Positions 9,235 through 16,856 of a stretch of DNA of 64,000 bases are shown in pieces. This stretch comes from Candidatus Undinarchaeota archaeon (GTDB lineage: Archaea > SpSt-1190 > JASMDC01), in NCBI GenBank assembly GCA_964519305.1, contig CAZFHY010000010.1, positions 64,001-128,000 on the forward strand, given 5' to 3'. The notes under the pieces were generated by a model. It searched no databases. It was not told the DNA's origin and saw nothing but the letters and a program-made list of their open reading frames with translations. The stretch's first letter is position 1. The number at the start of each line of letters is the position of its first letter. The position numbers and the translations under genes are program-made.

Positions 9235-10550
9235 CCCCCCTTGCATGTCTTGGTGAACATGTTCTTTGCATGCTTGATCCAGTGCACCAGCGGGATGCGC
9301 GAGGGGCACGAGAAAGCGCACGAACCGCACTCGAAGCAGTCCATTGCATGCGCGTCCGCGGCCTCCTGGAACCGGTCCTTGCGCGCCAGTCGGGCGATGA
9401 GGCTCGGCATAAGGTACATGGGGCATGCGTCGACGCACCGGGCGCACTTGATGCAGGGACGTTCTGGTGAATCGTCGATGTCGGTCTCGATCTGGACGAG
9501 AACACCAGAGGAACCCTTGATGATAGGTATGTCGGTAGTGGTCTGGGCGATGCCCATCATGGGTCCGCCGCTGATGAGCTTCCTGATCGGACCTTTGGCG
9601 CCACCGCAGAGTTCGATGAGCTCTGCTGCCGAGGCACCGATGCGCACCACGATGTTCTTGGGCGTTCCGACAGCCCCGGTCACGGTGACCGCTCGCTCCA
9701 CCAATGGCTTCCCATCGTGGACCGCTTCGTGGATGGCCTTGCATGTGCCCACATTGGACACGACGCATCCCACGTCCATGGGGAGGCCACCGGTCGGTAC
9801 CTTTCGGCCGCTGGCGGCATAGATTAGCATCTTCTCGGCACCCTGGGGATACTTGACATCCATGGGCACGAGTTCGAAACCTGAGTATTCCTTCCGCTCG
9901 AGGAGCTCGGAGAACGCTTCGAGCGCGTCAGGCTTGTTATTCTCGATGCATACGTAGGCCTTATCGGCACCAACGGCGCGCCTGACGATATCGAATCCGG
10001 AGAGCACCTTCTCAACCATCTCGAGCATAAGGCAATGGTCGCAGGTGAGGAACGGTTCGCACTCAGCCCCGTTCAGGAACACCGCGTCGATGGGCTTGTC
10101 CTTTGGCGGGGACAGCTTCACGTGCGTTGGGAAGGCCGCACCTCCCAGACCGACGATTCCGGCGTTCTGGATGATGGACCTGAGCTCCTCGACGGTGAGC
10201 TTCCCGGTCTCCTCCTTGGAGCGTGTCTTAAGCTCCACCCATGTGTCCTCCCCATCGCCCTCGATGACGATTGCCGCGCTCCTTCCCTTGGCAGGATGGG
10301 GGTGATTCGCGATCTCCTTTACCGTACCGCTGATAGTAGCATGGATGGGTACGCTCACGAACCCTCCGGCCTCGGCGATAACCTGACCTACCTTGACTGT
10401 ATCGCCCTTTTCGACGATGGCTTTTGCCGGAGCACCGATGTGCTGGGAGAGCGGGAGCACCACCTGTGCGGGCAGAGGTGCTGTCTCGGCCGGCTTGGAG
10501 GCAGACAGTTTATTGTACCGGGGGTGAACACCGCCGATGAAAGTGGCCAT
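9231..10550 (-). CDS. rnfC: Rnf complex subunit C
   Basis: FIGGVHP, QHIGAP, GLGGAAFPTHVK, NGAECEP, two CxxCxxCxxxCP motifs; start ATG 10550 fits the TATA at about 10575-10583. Confidence 0.95.
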   Translation of the reverse strand: MATFIGGVHPRYNKLSASKPAETAPLPAQVVLPLSQHIGAPAKAIVEKGDTVKVGQVIAEAGGFVSVPIHATISGTVKEIANHPHPAKGRSAAIVIEGDGEDTWVELKTRSKEETGKLTVEELRSIIQNAGIVGLGGAAFPTHVKLSPPKDKPIDAVFLNGAECEPFLTCDHCLMLEMVEKVLSGFDIVRRAVGADKAYVCIENNKPDALEAFSELLERKEYSGFELVPMDVKYPQGAEKMLIYAASGRKVPTGGLPMDVGCVVSNVGTCKAIHEAVHDGKPLVERAVTVTGAVGTPKNIVVRIGASAAELIELCGGAKGPIRKLISGGPMMGIAQTTTDIPIIKGSSGVLVQIETDIDDSPERPCIKCARCVDACPMYLMPSLIARLARKDRFQEAADAHAMDCFECGSCAFSCPSRIPLVHWIKHAKNMFTKTCKGG

Positions 10551-10638
10551 TGCGAGGTTCACAATGATAAGTTGTTATAAAAAGTTACTTTTCTCCCAAG
10601 CACTTCCCGTCGGAGCGGGAACGAAGGAGTGTCTTGTC

Positions 10639-11625
10639 ATGGACCGCAAAGGAATGGTTGTAGCGCTCGTCCTGTCGGTCCTGCTGCTCCATGCCGGTTG
10701 CCAGCAGCCCCCCACCGAGATCGTGCGCAACGAGTCGCTCATGGGAACCATCGTGACCATCAAGGTGGTCCACACCGATGGTCAGGCGGCCAACGCCTCC
10801 ATCGACAAGGCCTTCGCCGAGATGCGGCGGATCGAAGCGCTGCTCACGAACACGGCAACCGATAGCGAGGTGTCCCGCCTTAATACGCAGGGGGAAGTTA
10901 AGCCAGCCAGCCCTGAGCTAATCCAGGTCTTGCGTCTCTCCGTTGAGGCCGGTGAGCTCTCGGGCGGTGCCTTCGACGTGACCGTCCAGCCGCTCCTCGA
11001 CCTCTACACCCACAGCTTCCGTGACCTCAAGCGCCCTCCCACCGGGGAAGAGATCAACACCACCCTCGAGGATGTCGACTACCGGAAGATCGAGGTCCAT
11101 GACGGATGGGCCGCTATTCCCACCAACATGTCGATCACGCTGGGCGGCATCGCGAAAGGATACATCATCGACGTCGCATTCCGTGTGCTCCAGGCCGACG
11201 GTATCGAGAACATCCTCGTCAACGCCGGAGGCGACATCCGGGCTCGGGGCAGCAACGCGCAGAGGCTACCATGGACGCTCGCCCTCCAGAACCCCCGAGA
11301 GGCCACCGATTACATCACGCGCATCCATGCGTCCGATGTTGCAGTGGCAACGAGCGGGGATTACGAGCGGTACTACGATGCTGAGAAGAAGTTCCACCAC
11401 ATCGTGAACCCCACGACCGGCTATTCCGCCCTCGGCCTCATCTCCGTGACCGTCATCGCCGACGAGGCGGTTCGCGCCGACTCCCTGGCAACGTCCGTTT
11501 TCGTGATGGGTAAGGACAAGGGGCTCACCCTCATCGATTCGCTGGAAGGTGTCGAAGCACTGGTCATCACCGAGGAGCGCGATGTGTTCCGCTCGAGCGG
11601 GTTCGCTTCCCACGAGCTGCCGTGA
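10639..11625 (+). CDS. apbE: FAD:protein FMN transferase (ApbE), lipoprotein
   Basis: LHAG-C lipobox, MGT, GAFDVTV, LGGIAKGY, NAGGD, ATSGDYER, HHIVNP; divergent from the rnf operon. Confidence 0.92.
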   Translation: MDRKGMVVALVLSVLLLHAGCQQPPTEIVRNESLMGTIVTIKVVHTDGQAANASIDKAFAEMRRIEALLTNTATDSEVSRLNTQGEVKPASPELIQVLRLSVEAGELSGGAFDVTVQPLLDLYTHSFRDLKRPPTGEEINTTLEDVDYRKIEVHDGWAAIPTNMSITLGGIAKGYIIDVAFRVLQADGIENILVNAGGDIRARGSNAQRLPWTLALQNPREATDYITRIHASDVAVATSGDYERYYDAEKKFHHIVNPTTGYSALGLISVTVIADEAVRADSLATSVFVMGKDKGLTLIDSLEGVEALVITEERDVFRSSGFASHELP

Positions 11626-11629
11626 GCGG

Positions 11630-12052
11630 TCACCAGTTGTACTTGAAATAGTTGATATCCACGTGCAGGTCGCGGTCCTTCGCGTCCACGTGGAGGCCCG
11701 GCGTCTCATGTCCCCAAGGCCCGGGCCAGGACGAAGTGCTCGTCTCCACCATCCCACGTGATGCCAGTTCGTCAACGACCTTCTCTGCCGTCCGGTAGAT
11801 GTCCAGGAAGTGGTACTTCTCACCGTGTACGTACGGACCGAAGGACAGCACGCTCTCCTTGACCTTCTCCTCGAGGTCCACGAGTGTATCGTAGAGCTCT
11901 ATCTCGCTCTTATCTTCCAGATCCACCGTCAATTTGCCGTCTATGGACAGTCTCACATAGTCTTGGGCCAGAGGGTTCATTCTAGTCCGGAACAGCTCAT
12001 CCCACGAGTCGCCGTCGCCATTGGAGGCACTATCTACCGGATCACCATACAT
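11630..12052 (-). CDS. Hypothetical protein, paralogue 3 of a tandem triplet
   Basis: Shares S(E/D)xELYD.L..L, SV, G..Y.F, EL..RG.V, GP(W/Y)G and DRDL.V.I.YF with the two upstream ORFs. Confidence 0.8.
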   Translation of the reverse strand: MYGDPVDSASNGDGDSWDELFRTRMNPLAQDYVRLSIDGKLTVDLEDKSEIELYDTLVDLEEKVKESVLSFGPYVHGEKYHFLDIYRTAEKVVDELASRGMVETSTSSWPGPWGHETPGLHVDAKDRDLHVDINYFKYNW

Positions 12053-12069
12053 GAGTGGAGTGCCCTGGT

Positions 12070-12083
12070 TTAGGCGAGATTAA
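12070..12083. promoter_or_regulatory. DtxR-like operator (TTAGG-CGAG-ATTAA) overlapping a TATA box
   Basis: Degenerate TTAGG-N4-CCTAA 18-31 nt upstream of ATG 12052. Confidence 0.5.
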
Positions 12084-12107
12084 ATACCTGCCCTTGGGAT
12101 TGTCGCC

Positions 12108-12449
12108 TCATCCCAGCGAGTGTACCTCGAACCAGTCCACGACCACATGAAGGTCACGGTCATGGGCATCGACGGCGTACCCGGGGATCGGGACGCCGTA
12201 CGGTCCCTTCCGAGGTGTGGTCTCCACATCGACCAGACCCCGCTCCTCAAGCTCACCGATCACTCGAACGGCCGTCTCGTAGACCTCCTGATATCGGTAC
12301 ACTGCTCCCTCGCACTGGGGCTGGCACCACATCACGCTCCGCTCGACCTTCTCAGAAAGGCCGATGAGCGCGTCATATAGCTGGATGTCTGACATATCTC
12401 CGGGATTCTCCAAATAGGAGCTCTCGAGCGGTACGACCTCTTGGACCAT
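12108..12449 (-). CDS. Hypothetical protein, paralogue 2 of a tandem triplet
   Basis: SDIQLYDAL, GAVYRYQEVY, GPYG, DRDLHV. Confidence 0.8.
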   Translation of the reverse strand: MVQEVVPLESSYLENPGDMSDIQLYDALIGLSEKVERSVMWCQPQCEGAVYRYQEVYETAVRVIGELEERGLVDVETTPRKGPYGVPIPGYAVDAHDRDLHVVVDWFEVHSLG

Positions 12450-12474
12450 GGGTGGACCCTCCCGATCCTACTGC

Positions 12475-12810
12475 CTACGTCCGGTCGGCGAAGTAGTCGA
12501 TGTCCACCGCAAGGTCGCGGTCCTTCGCTTCTACGTGTAGTGCGAAGGTGGTCGAGCCGTACGGTCCGGGTCGCGGGGTGCGCTCAACGTCCACTAGTTC
12601 CCTGGTCTCCAGCTCTCCGACCAGCTTGTTGGTCGCGCCGTAGACCTCCTGGAAGTGGTAGACCGAGCCGCCTGCCCGCGGATTGAGCAGCATCACGCTC
12701 TGCTCCATGATGCCGGGAAGCTCGTTCAACATATCGAAGAGCTCGACGTCGCTGTAGGAGGTAAGATCTCCCGTGTACGCGGCGTCGAGGTGGAGGACCT
12801 CTTGGTACAT
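12475..12810 (-). CDS. Hypothetical protein, paralogue 1 of a tandem triplet
   Basis: SDVELFDML, GSVYHFQEVY, GPYG, DRDLAVDIDYF; TTTATTAA box about 27 nt upstream. Confidence 0.8.
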   Translation of the reverse strand: MYQEVLHLDAAYTGDLTSYSDVELFDMLNELPGIMEQSVMLLNPRAGGSVYHFQEVYGATNKLVGELETRELVDVERTPRPGPYGSTTFALHVEAKDRDLAVDIDYFADRT

Positions 12811-12944
12811 GGATATCCCGCTGCCCCCAGGTCGGTTAATAAACGTTGCCTTTGCGGACGAGCATGATATCTGAGTGCACGGATTGGGAGACGCATGCGT
12901 TTCTTTAAAAGGTTACTACTGACCAATGGTAACGTTTATATATC

Positions 12945-13571
12945 ATGCCCGACTACAATATCACGATGGGGCCGACATTCCTTGATGGTGTGTCCGATGG
13001 CTATAGCGCTGTCAAGGAGAAGGTCGCCGATAACTACCACAATCATCCGGGCACATACAAGGCCGTGGGGACCGTGGCCGCGGGCGTGGGGGCCTACCTC
13101 CTTGCCAAGGAGGGCATGGACGCCATGGGATTCCAGGAGTATCTGGCCAACAGCATGCCCTGGCTCGGCCATTACGCTGATGCTGTCGCCAACGGCACCG
13201 CTGGTGTGCTCGCCGCCCTTGGGGCCAAGGCCCCTGTGGAGAAGACCATAAAGTACCTCGATGGCCAGCGGAAGCACGAGAAGGGCACGTATGCCGCTGA
13301 CGCCAGCGAGAGCGGTGCCAAGGAGGTCGCGGAGGAGATCATCGAGGGGATGGACGGCACGGACCTCGGGTGCGCCGCCCTCGGTATGCCCGTGGGGCTC
13401 ACCGACATGAAAGAGCTCTACGATGGCGTGAAGTCGGACTACCAGAAGAACCACGGCAAGGGTGTCTCGTACAAGGAGAAGGATCCAATCTTCGACGAGA
13501 ATATCCTCGGTGCCAACCCGGCACCGTACCACGTGTTCACAAAGGAGAAGAGCGGGAAGTCCGCACCGTGA
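12945..13571 (+). CDS. Hypothetical protein with Gly/Ala-rich hydrophobic segments
   Basis: Coding-like codon use; AVGTVAAGVGAYLLA and GTAGVLAALGA segments; AT-rich upstream region. Confidence 0.7.
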   Translation: MPDYNITMGPTFLDGVSDGYSAVKEKVADNYHNHPGTYKAVGTVAAGVGAYLLAKEGMDAMGFQEYLANSMPWLGHYADAVANGTAGVLAALGAKAPVEKTIKYLDGQRKHEKGTYAADASESGAKEVAEEIIEGMDGTDLGCAALGMPVGLTDMKELYDGVKSDYQKNHGKGVSYKEKDPIFDENILGANPAPYHVFTKEKSGKSAP

Positions 13572-13580
13572 GCCCGACCA

Positions 13581-14912
13581 CTACTTATCTAGCACCTGCT
13601 CGGCATCGTCCATCATCTCGATGAACCAGAGCACGGCAGGAAGGTTGTTATCGACAACGTCGTCGATCTCATCCTCGTCGGGATTGAACTGGGTGAATGT
13701 GTTGCCCCACCCTCCACCGCCTTCCAGCTCAACGGTGTAGGCGAGCATCCCCTTGGAGTCCGCCCAGTCCGTGTAGGTGCCGCTGGCCAGCGCCGTGCGA
13801 CCACCGTGGAGCACGTCGTAGGCCCGCTCCATGCGCTCGCTCATCCCATTGCCAATAGCGCGGTAGAGCTCCTCGCGTTCGCCATCCTCGGTGGTGTGGT
13901 CGGGAGCGTACTGGTATTCCCCGCCATAGGAGTGGAACGCCAGCGTTCCCTTGAAATCATGCTCGGCCACGAACTCGGCCATGGCCTTGGCCTCAGGCTC
14001 GCTCATGGCCTCGGGGCCACGGTAGGTCTGGTGCCAGTAGTTACCGCTCGCACCCGGTTTGCCCCAGGCCTCCGAGAAGTTGCGATTTAGGTCAACTCCG
14101 TGGAGAGAGGATGATTTCTCGGCCCAGGTCCCCTCCTCGACGAGCTCACTGTGGTCGCGGGCGGTCTTGCGGTGGTCCGAGTCACCGTACCGCCGCACCT
14201 GCTCGGCCACGATCATCCCGCCATCGGGATTGACGCTCGGGATTATCCATGTGTCCCTGCCGTCAACAAGCTGGGTGATGTAGGCGTCCTTACCATAGCC
14301 GTCGACCATCGCCTTCGCCACGTCGAGTGGTACCTCCACAGCGATGGCCTCCCGGGCATGGAACTGTCCTACCAGCAGCACTTCGGTCCGCGACTCGCGG
14401 TCCTTCACACGAGCATCGCTGCCGATTCGTATCGCGTAGATGGGATTGCCGAGCCCGCTCTTTCCGATTATCTCGACATGGGCTAGGTCGGGCGCCTTCT
14501 TCTCGAGGGCGTACAGTTCCTCTGCGACCTCCTCGGGAACGTGGTACTTGCCCAATCCCCCGTCCCTTAGCGGAGAATCGGTGGGTATACGCTGCCAGGA
14601 CCGGACGTACTGTCCCTGTTCGATGTATTTCTCAAGGGCATCGTCACGGTCGTAGGCGCCCCCTTCAGCGGGAAGCACCATCTCCTTGGGAAGCCGTACC
14701 TCGTAATCGCCGACATCGATCCGGTAGTCGTCCCCCAGCTCGTGCTCCAGCAGTTCCTGGTGGGCGGGAGGCGTCGTGGCCGGATGGTCCGCCGCATACG
14801 CTATCGGTGCGAGAGAAGTAATGGCCGTGGCGCCGAGGACGGCATAGGTAGCGGCGCGCTTCACCACACGGGCGAGCACACCCTCACCATCGCCGTCCCC
14901 GGCTTCTTCCAC
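13581..14912 (-). CDS. M14 zinc carboxypeptidase with an acidic extended signal peptide
   Basis: HARE, RKT, GVDLNRNF, FHSYG and TVEL motifs; leader MEEAGDGDGEG..VVKRAATYAVLG..AYA. Confidence 0.9.
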   Translation of the reverse strand: MEEAGDGDGEGVLARVVKRAATYAVLGATAITSLAPIAYAADHPATTPPAHQELLEHELGDDYRIDVGDYEVRLPKEMVLPAEGGAYDRDDALEKYIEQGQYVRSWQRIPTDSPLRDGGLGKYHVPEEVAEELYALEKKAPDLAHVEIIGKSGLGNPIYAIRIGSDARVKDRESRTEVLLVGQFHAREAIAVEVPLDVAKAMVDGYGKDAYITQLVDGRDTWIIPSVNPDGGMIVAEQVRRYGDSDHRKTARDHSELVEEGTWAEKSSSLHGVDLNRNFSEAWGKPGASGNYWHQTYRGPEAMSEPEAKAMAEFVAEHDFKGTLAFHSYGGEYQYAPDHTTEDGEREELYRAIGNGMSERMERAYDVLHGGRTALASGTYTDWADSKGMLAYTVELEGGGGWGNTFTQFNPDEDEIDDVVDNNLPAVLWFIEMMDDAEQVLDK

Positions 14913-14957
14913 GGCCTAAGTCCCCTGTTTCCCTTTATTCCCCTTTCAGATCGGACC

Positions 14958-16658
14958 TTACTCGTCGTCCCAGAAGGTCTCGAGCTCGTCCGTTTTGTTG
15001 GTGACAACCCACTCGTTCGCCGAGACCTCTTCGAGGTGGTACCCGTTCTTGCCGAACCGGGATACCTCCACCTTGTCCTGGCCGTCATCCAGCTTCCAGA
15101 GCTCTTTCTCTCCCATGGCCTTGATGCTCTTGACCACGGGGATGAAGTCCTTGATGCGGCGCTTGTGGGTTAGGTCGACGGTCTCCTCTTCGGAGCCGTT
15201 GTGTTTGATGTACAGATCACCATCGTTGAAGGCGACGGAGTAGTGGTTGTCGTCCTCCCTGACGATCTTACCCTGTTCACCCTTGAACGACACTTCCCAA
15301 CCGGAGTCGAATATGTACCGGTCACCATCATGGATGAAGGCAGTGCCCTCGATGGTGGTCTTGACCTCGGGCTTCTCGTTGTAGAGCGAGAAGAGGAAGT
15401 TGGAACCCACCCAGAGGGCGGCGCCGGCGGCGGCCACAGGCACGCTTGAGACGGGCCAGGCCTTGGTGGCGGCCACAGTGCCCGAATAGGTACCAAGATA
15501 GATGCCGCTGCCGATGGACGACTCTACGCCCATGATCTGCCAGAAGTTCTCCGAGTAGTCGTCGTGCTCATGCTCCTTCTTGTTGATGAGCTGGTCGTGG
15601 ATGGCGATGTTGGCCTTGCCGCTCATGACACCGGAGATAGCGCTGGCCACGGTTGCCGCGCCGTATATACCGATGAACGCATAGCCGGGGTTCTCTCCGA
15701 AGCGCTTGAGGATGTCAGGGTGGAGGGCGAAGTAGCTGGCGCCGGTGACGGTGCCTAGTCCGGCCGTGTAGAGGTTGACCTTCTTTAGCGCCTCCATGGG
15801 CTTTTCGGAGTTGACGGCGTTGTCGACAACACTCCCCAGTACGCTCTCTCCGAGGATACTGAGCGCGGGGCTGCCGATGTTACCGATCGAGGTGATTGTG
15901 CTGGCGATACCGTAGGCGGCGCCCTGCTCCCACAGCTTGGGCGTGATGACGCCCAAGAGCATGGCAGCACCGACGTTCCCCATCAGGTCACCGACCTTCA
16001 GGACGGCGTACTCGGGATCCTCCTTGAACAGTCGGTAGAACACCTTGAACTTGTCCATGAAGGACTTCTCATCCATCTGGTACATCTCAAGGGAGAGGTC
16101 GTCAGGGATGCCAAAGAAGCTCTTGAAGTCCTCGTTGAAACCGAACTCCTCGAACTCCACGGTCTCTTTGAGGTTGAAGCCGTTCTCCTTGAGGTACTCC
16201 TTGAGGCCAGGATCAGCATCATCGGGGACCGGCAGTTTCTTGGTGCCGATCAGCGAGCCGAAGAACTTACCTTCGCCCCGTTCGGTGATGACCTCGGTGC
16301 GGTATGCCATGGCCGGGTGGAAGGCAGGGTCCTTGACGTCGTACGCCGTGAAGACAGCGTCCTTGCCGGCGGCCGCAGCGGCACGGTAGGCGTCCACATG
16401 GATGCCCTCCTCGTCGGTGTGGTACACCACGGAGAACCGCGCGCCATCGTACCCGGCGTTCACCAGATCGATGTACTGCTCCTCAATCCCGAAGTTGGCC
16501 TTCGCGAACTCGATATTGTTCGGGTTCAGTTGGAACTCGTCGTACTGCGTTCCCGCTACGAAGAGCGGGTTCGCATCGAGCTTGCGAGTAAAGATCTCAG
16601 AGGCAGTGTTGTTCTCCTCATGAAAATCCTCTTCGGAGAGGACTGCTGCATCATACAT
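14958..16658 (-). CDS. Unknown protein: soluble N-domain, ~6-TM MFS-half-like core, soluble C-domain
   Basis: Start re-placed at ATG 16658 (MYDAAV) from the TTTTTTAAA box at about 16683-16691; hydrophobic block about 15380-16010 containing GSVVDN. Confidence 0.65.
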   Translation of the reverse strand: MYDAAVLSEEDFHEENNTASEIFTRKLDANPLFVAGTQYDEFQLNPNNIEFAKANFGIEEQYIDLVNAGYDGARFSVVYHTDEEGIHVDAYRAAAAAGKDAVFTAYDVKDPAFHPAMAYRTEVITERGEGKFFGSLIGTKKLPVPDDADPGLKEYLKENGFNLKETVEFEEFGFNEDFKSFFGIPDDLSLEMYQMDEKSFMDKFKVFYRLFKEDPEYAVLKVGDLMGNVGAAMLLGVITPKLWEQGAAYGIASTITSIGNIGSPALSILGESVLGSVVDNAVNSEKPMEALKKVNLYTAGLGTVTGASYFALHPDILKRFGENPGYAFIGIYGAATVASAISGVMSGKANIAIHDQLINKKEHEHDDYSENFWQIMGVESSIGSGIYLGTYSGTVAATKAWPVSSVPVAAAGAALWVGSNFLFSLYNEKPEVKTTIEGTAFIHDGDRYIFDSGWEVSFKGEQGKIVREDDNHYSVAFNDGDLYIKHNGSEEETVDLTHKRRIKDFIPVVKSIKAMGEKELWKLDDGQDKVEVSRFGKNGYHLEEVSANEWVVTNKTDELETFWDDE

Positions 16659-16856
16659 GAAGGCCACGGGCACCATCGACGGTTTAAAAAAGGTTTTCCT
16701 ACGCGAACCGGAAAACTCGTGTGTCACTACCGCAGAGACACACCACAAATCGCGAAAAGGAAAGGCATTATCACCCGGAATAGGGTGGTTCGCGAATGTC
16801 CGGCCAGAACCGGAATAAGGTGTCACCCGCGAGTAGGAACAAAAGGGAGGGGATAT

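Noticed and set aside
9235-9768. N-terminal extension of the 534-aa RnfD ORF
   Set aside because: It overlaps rnfC in another frame; RnfD similarity begins near 9234.
14906-14919. Further CCTAA/TTAGG half-sites (14915, 56041, 57009)
   Set aside because: Only one arm matches, which is too weak to call an operator.
16659-16826. Upstream extensions of ORFs 14958-16826, 20441-21085, 22552-24279, 41299-42948 and 49538-51061
   Set aside because: They run through promoter/AT-rich DNA or neighbouring genes; downstream starts fit the TATA or RBS positions better.
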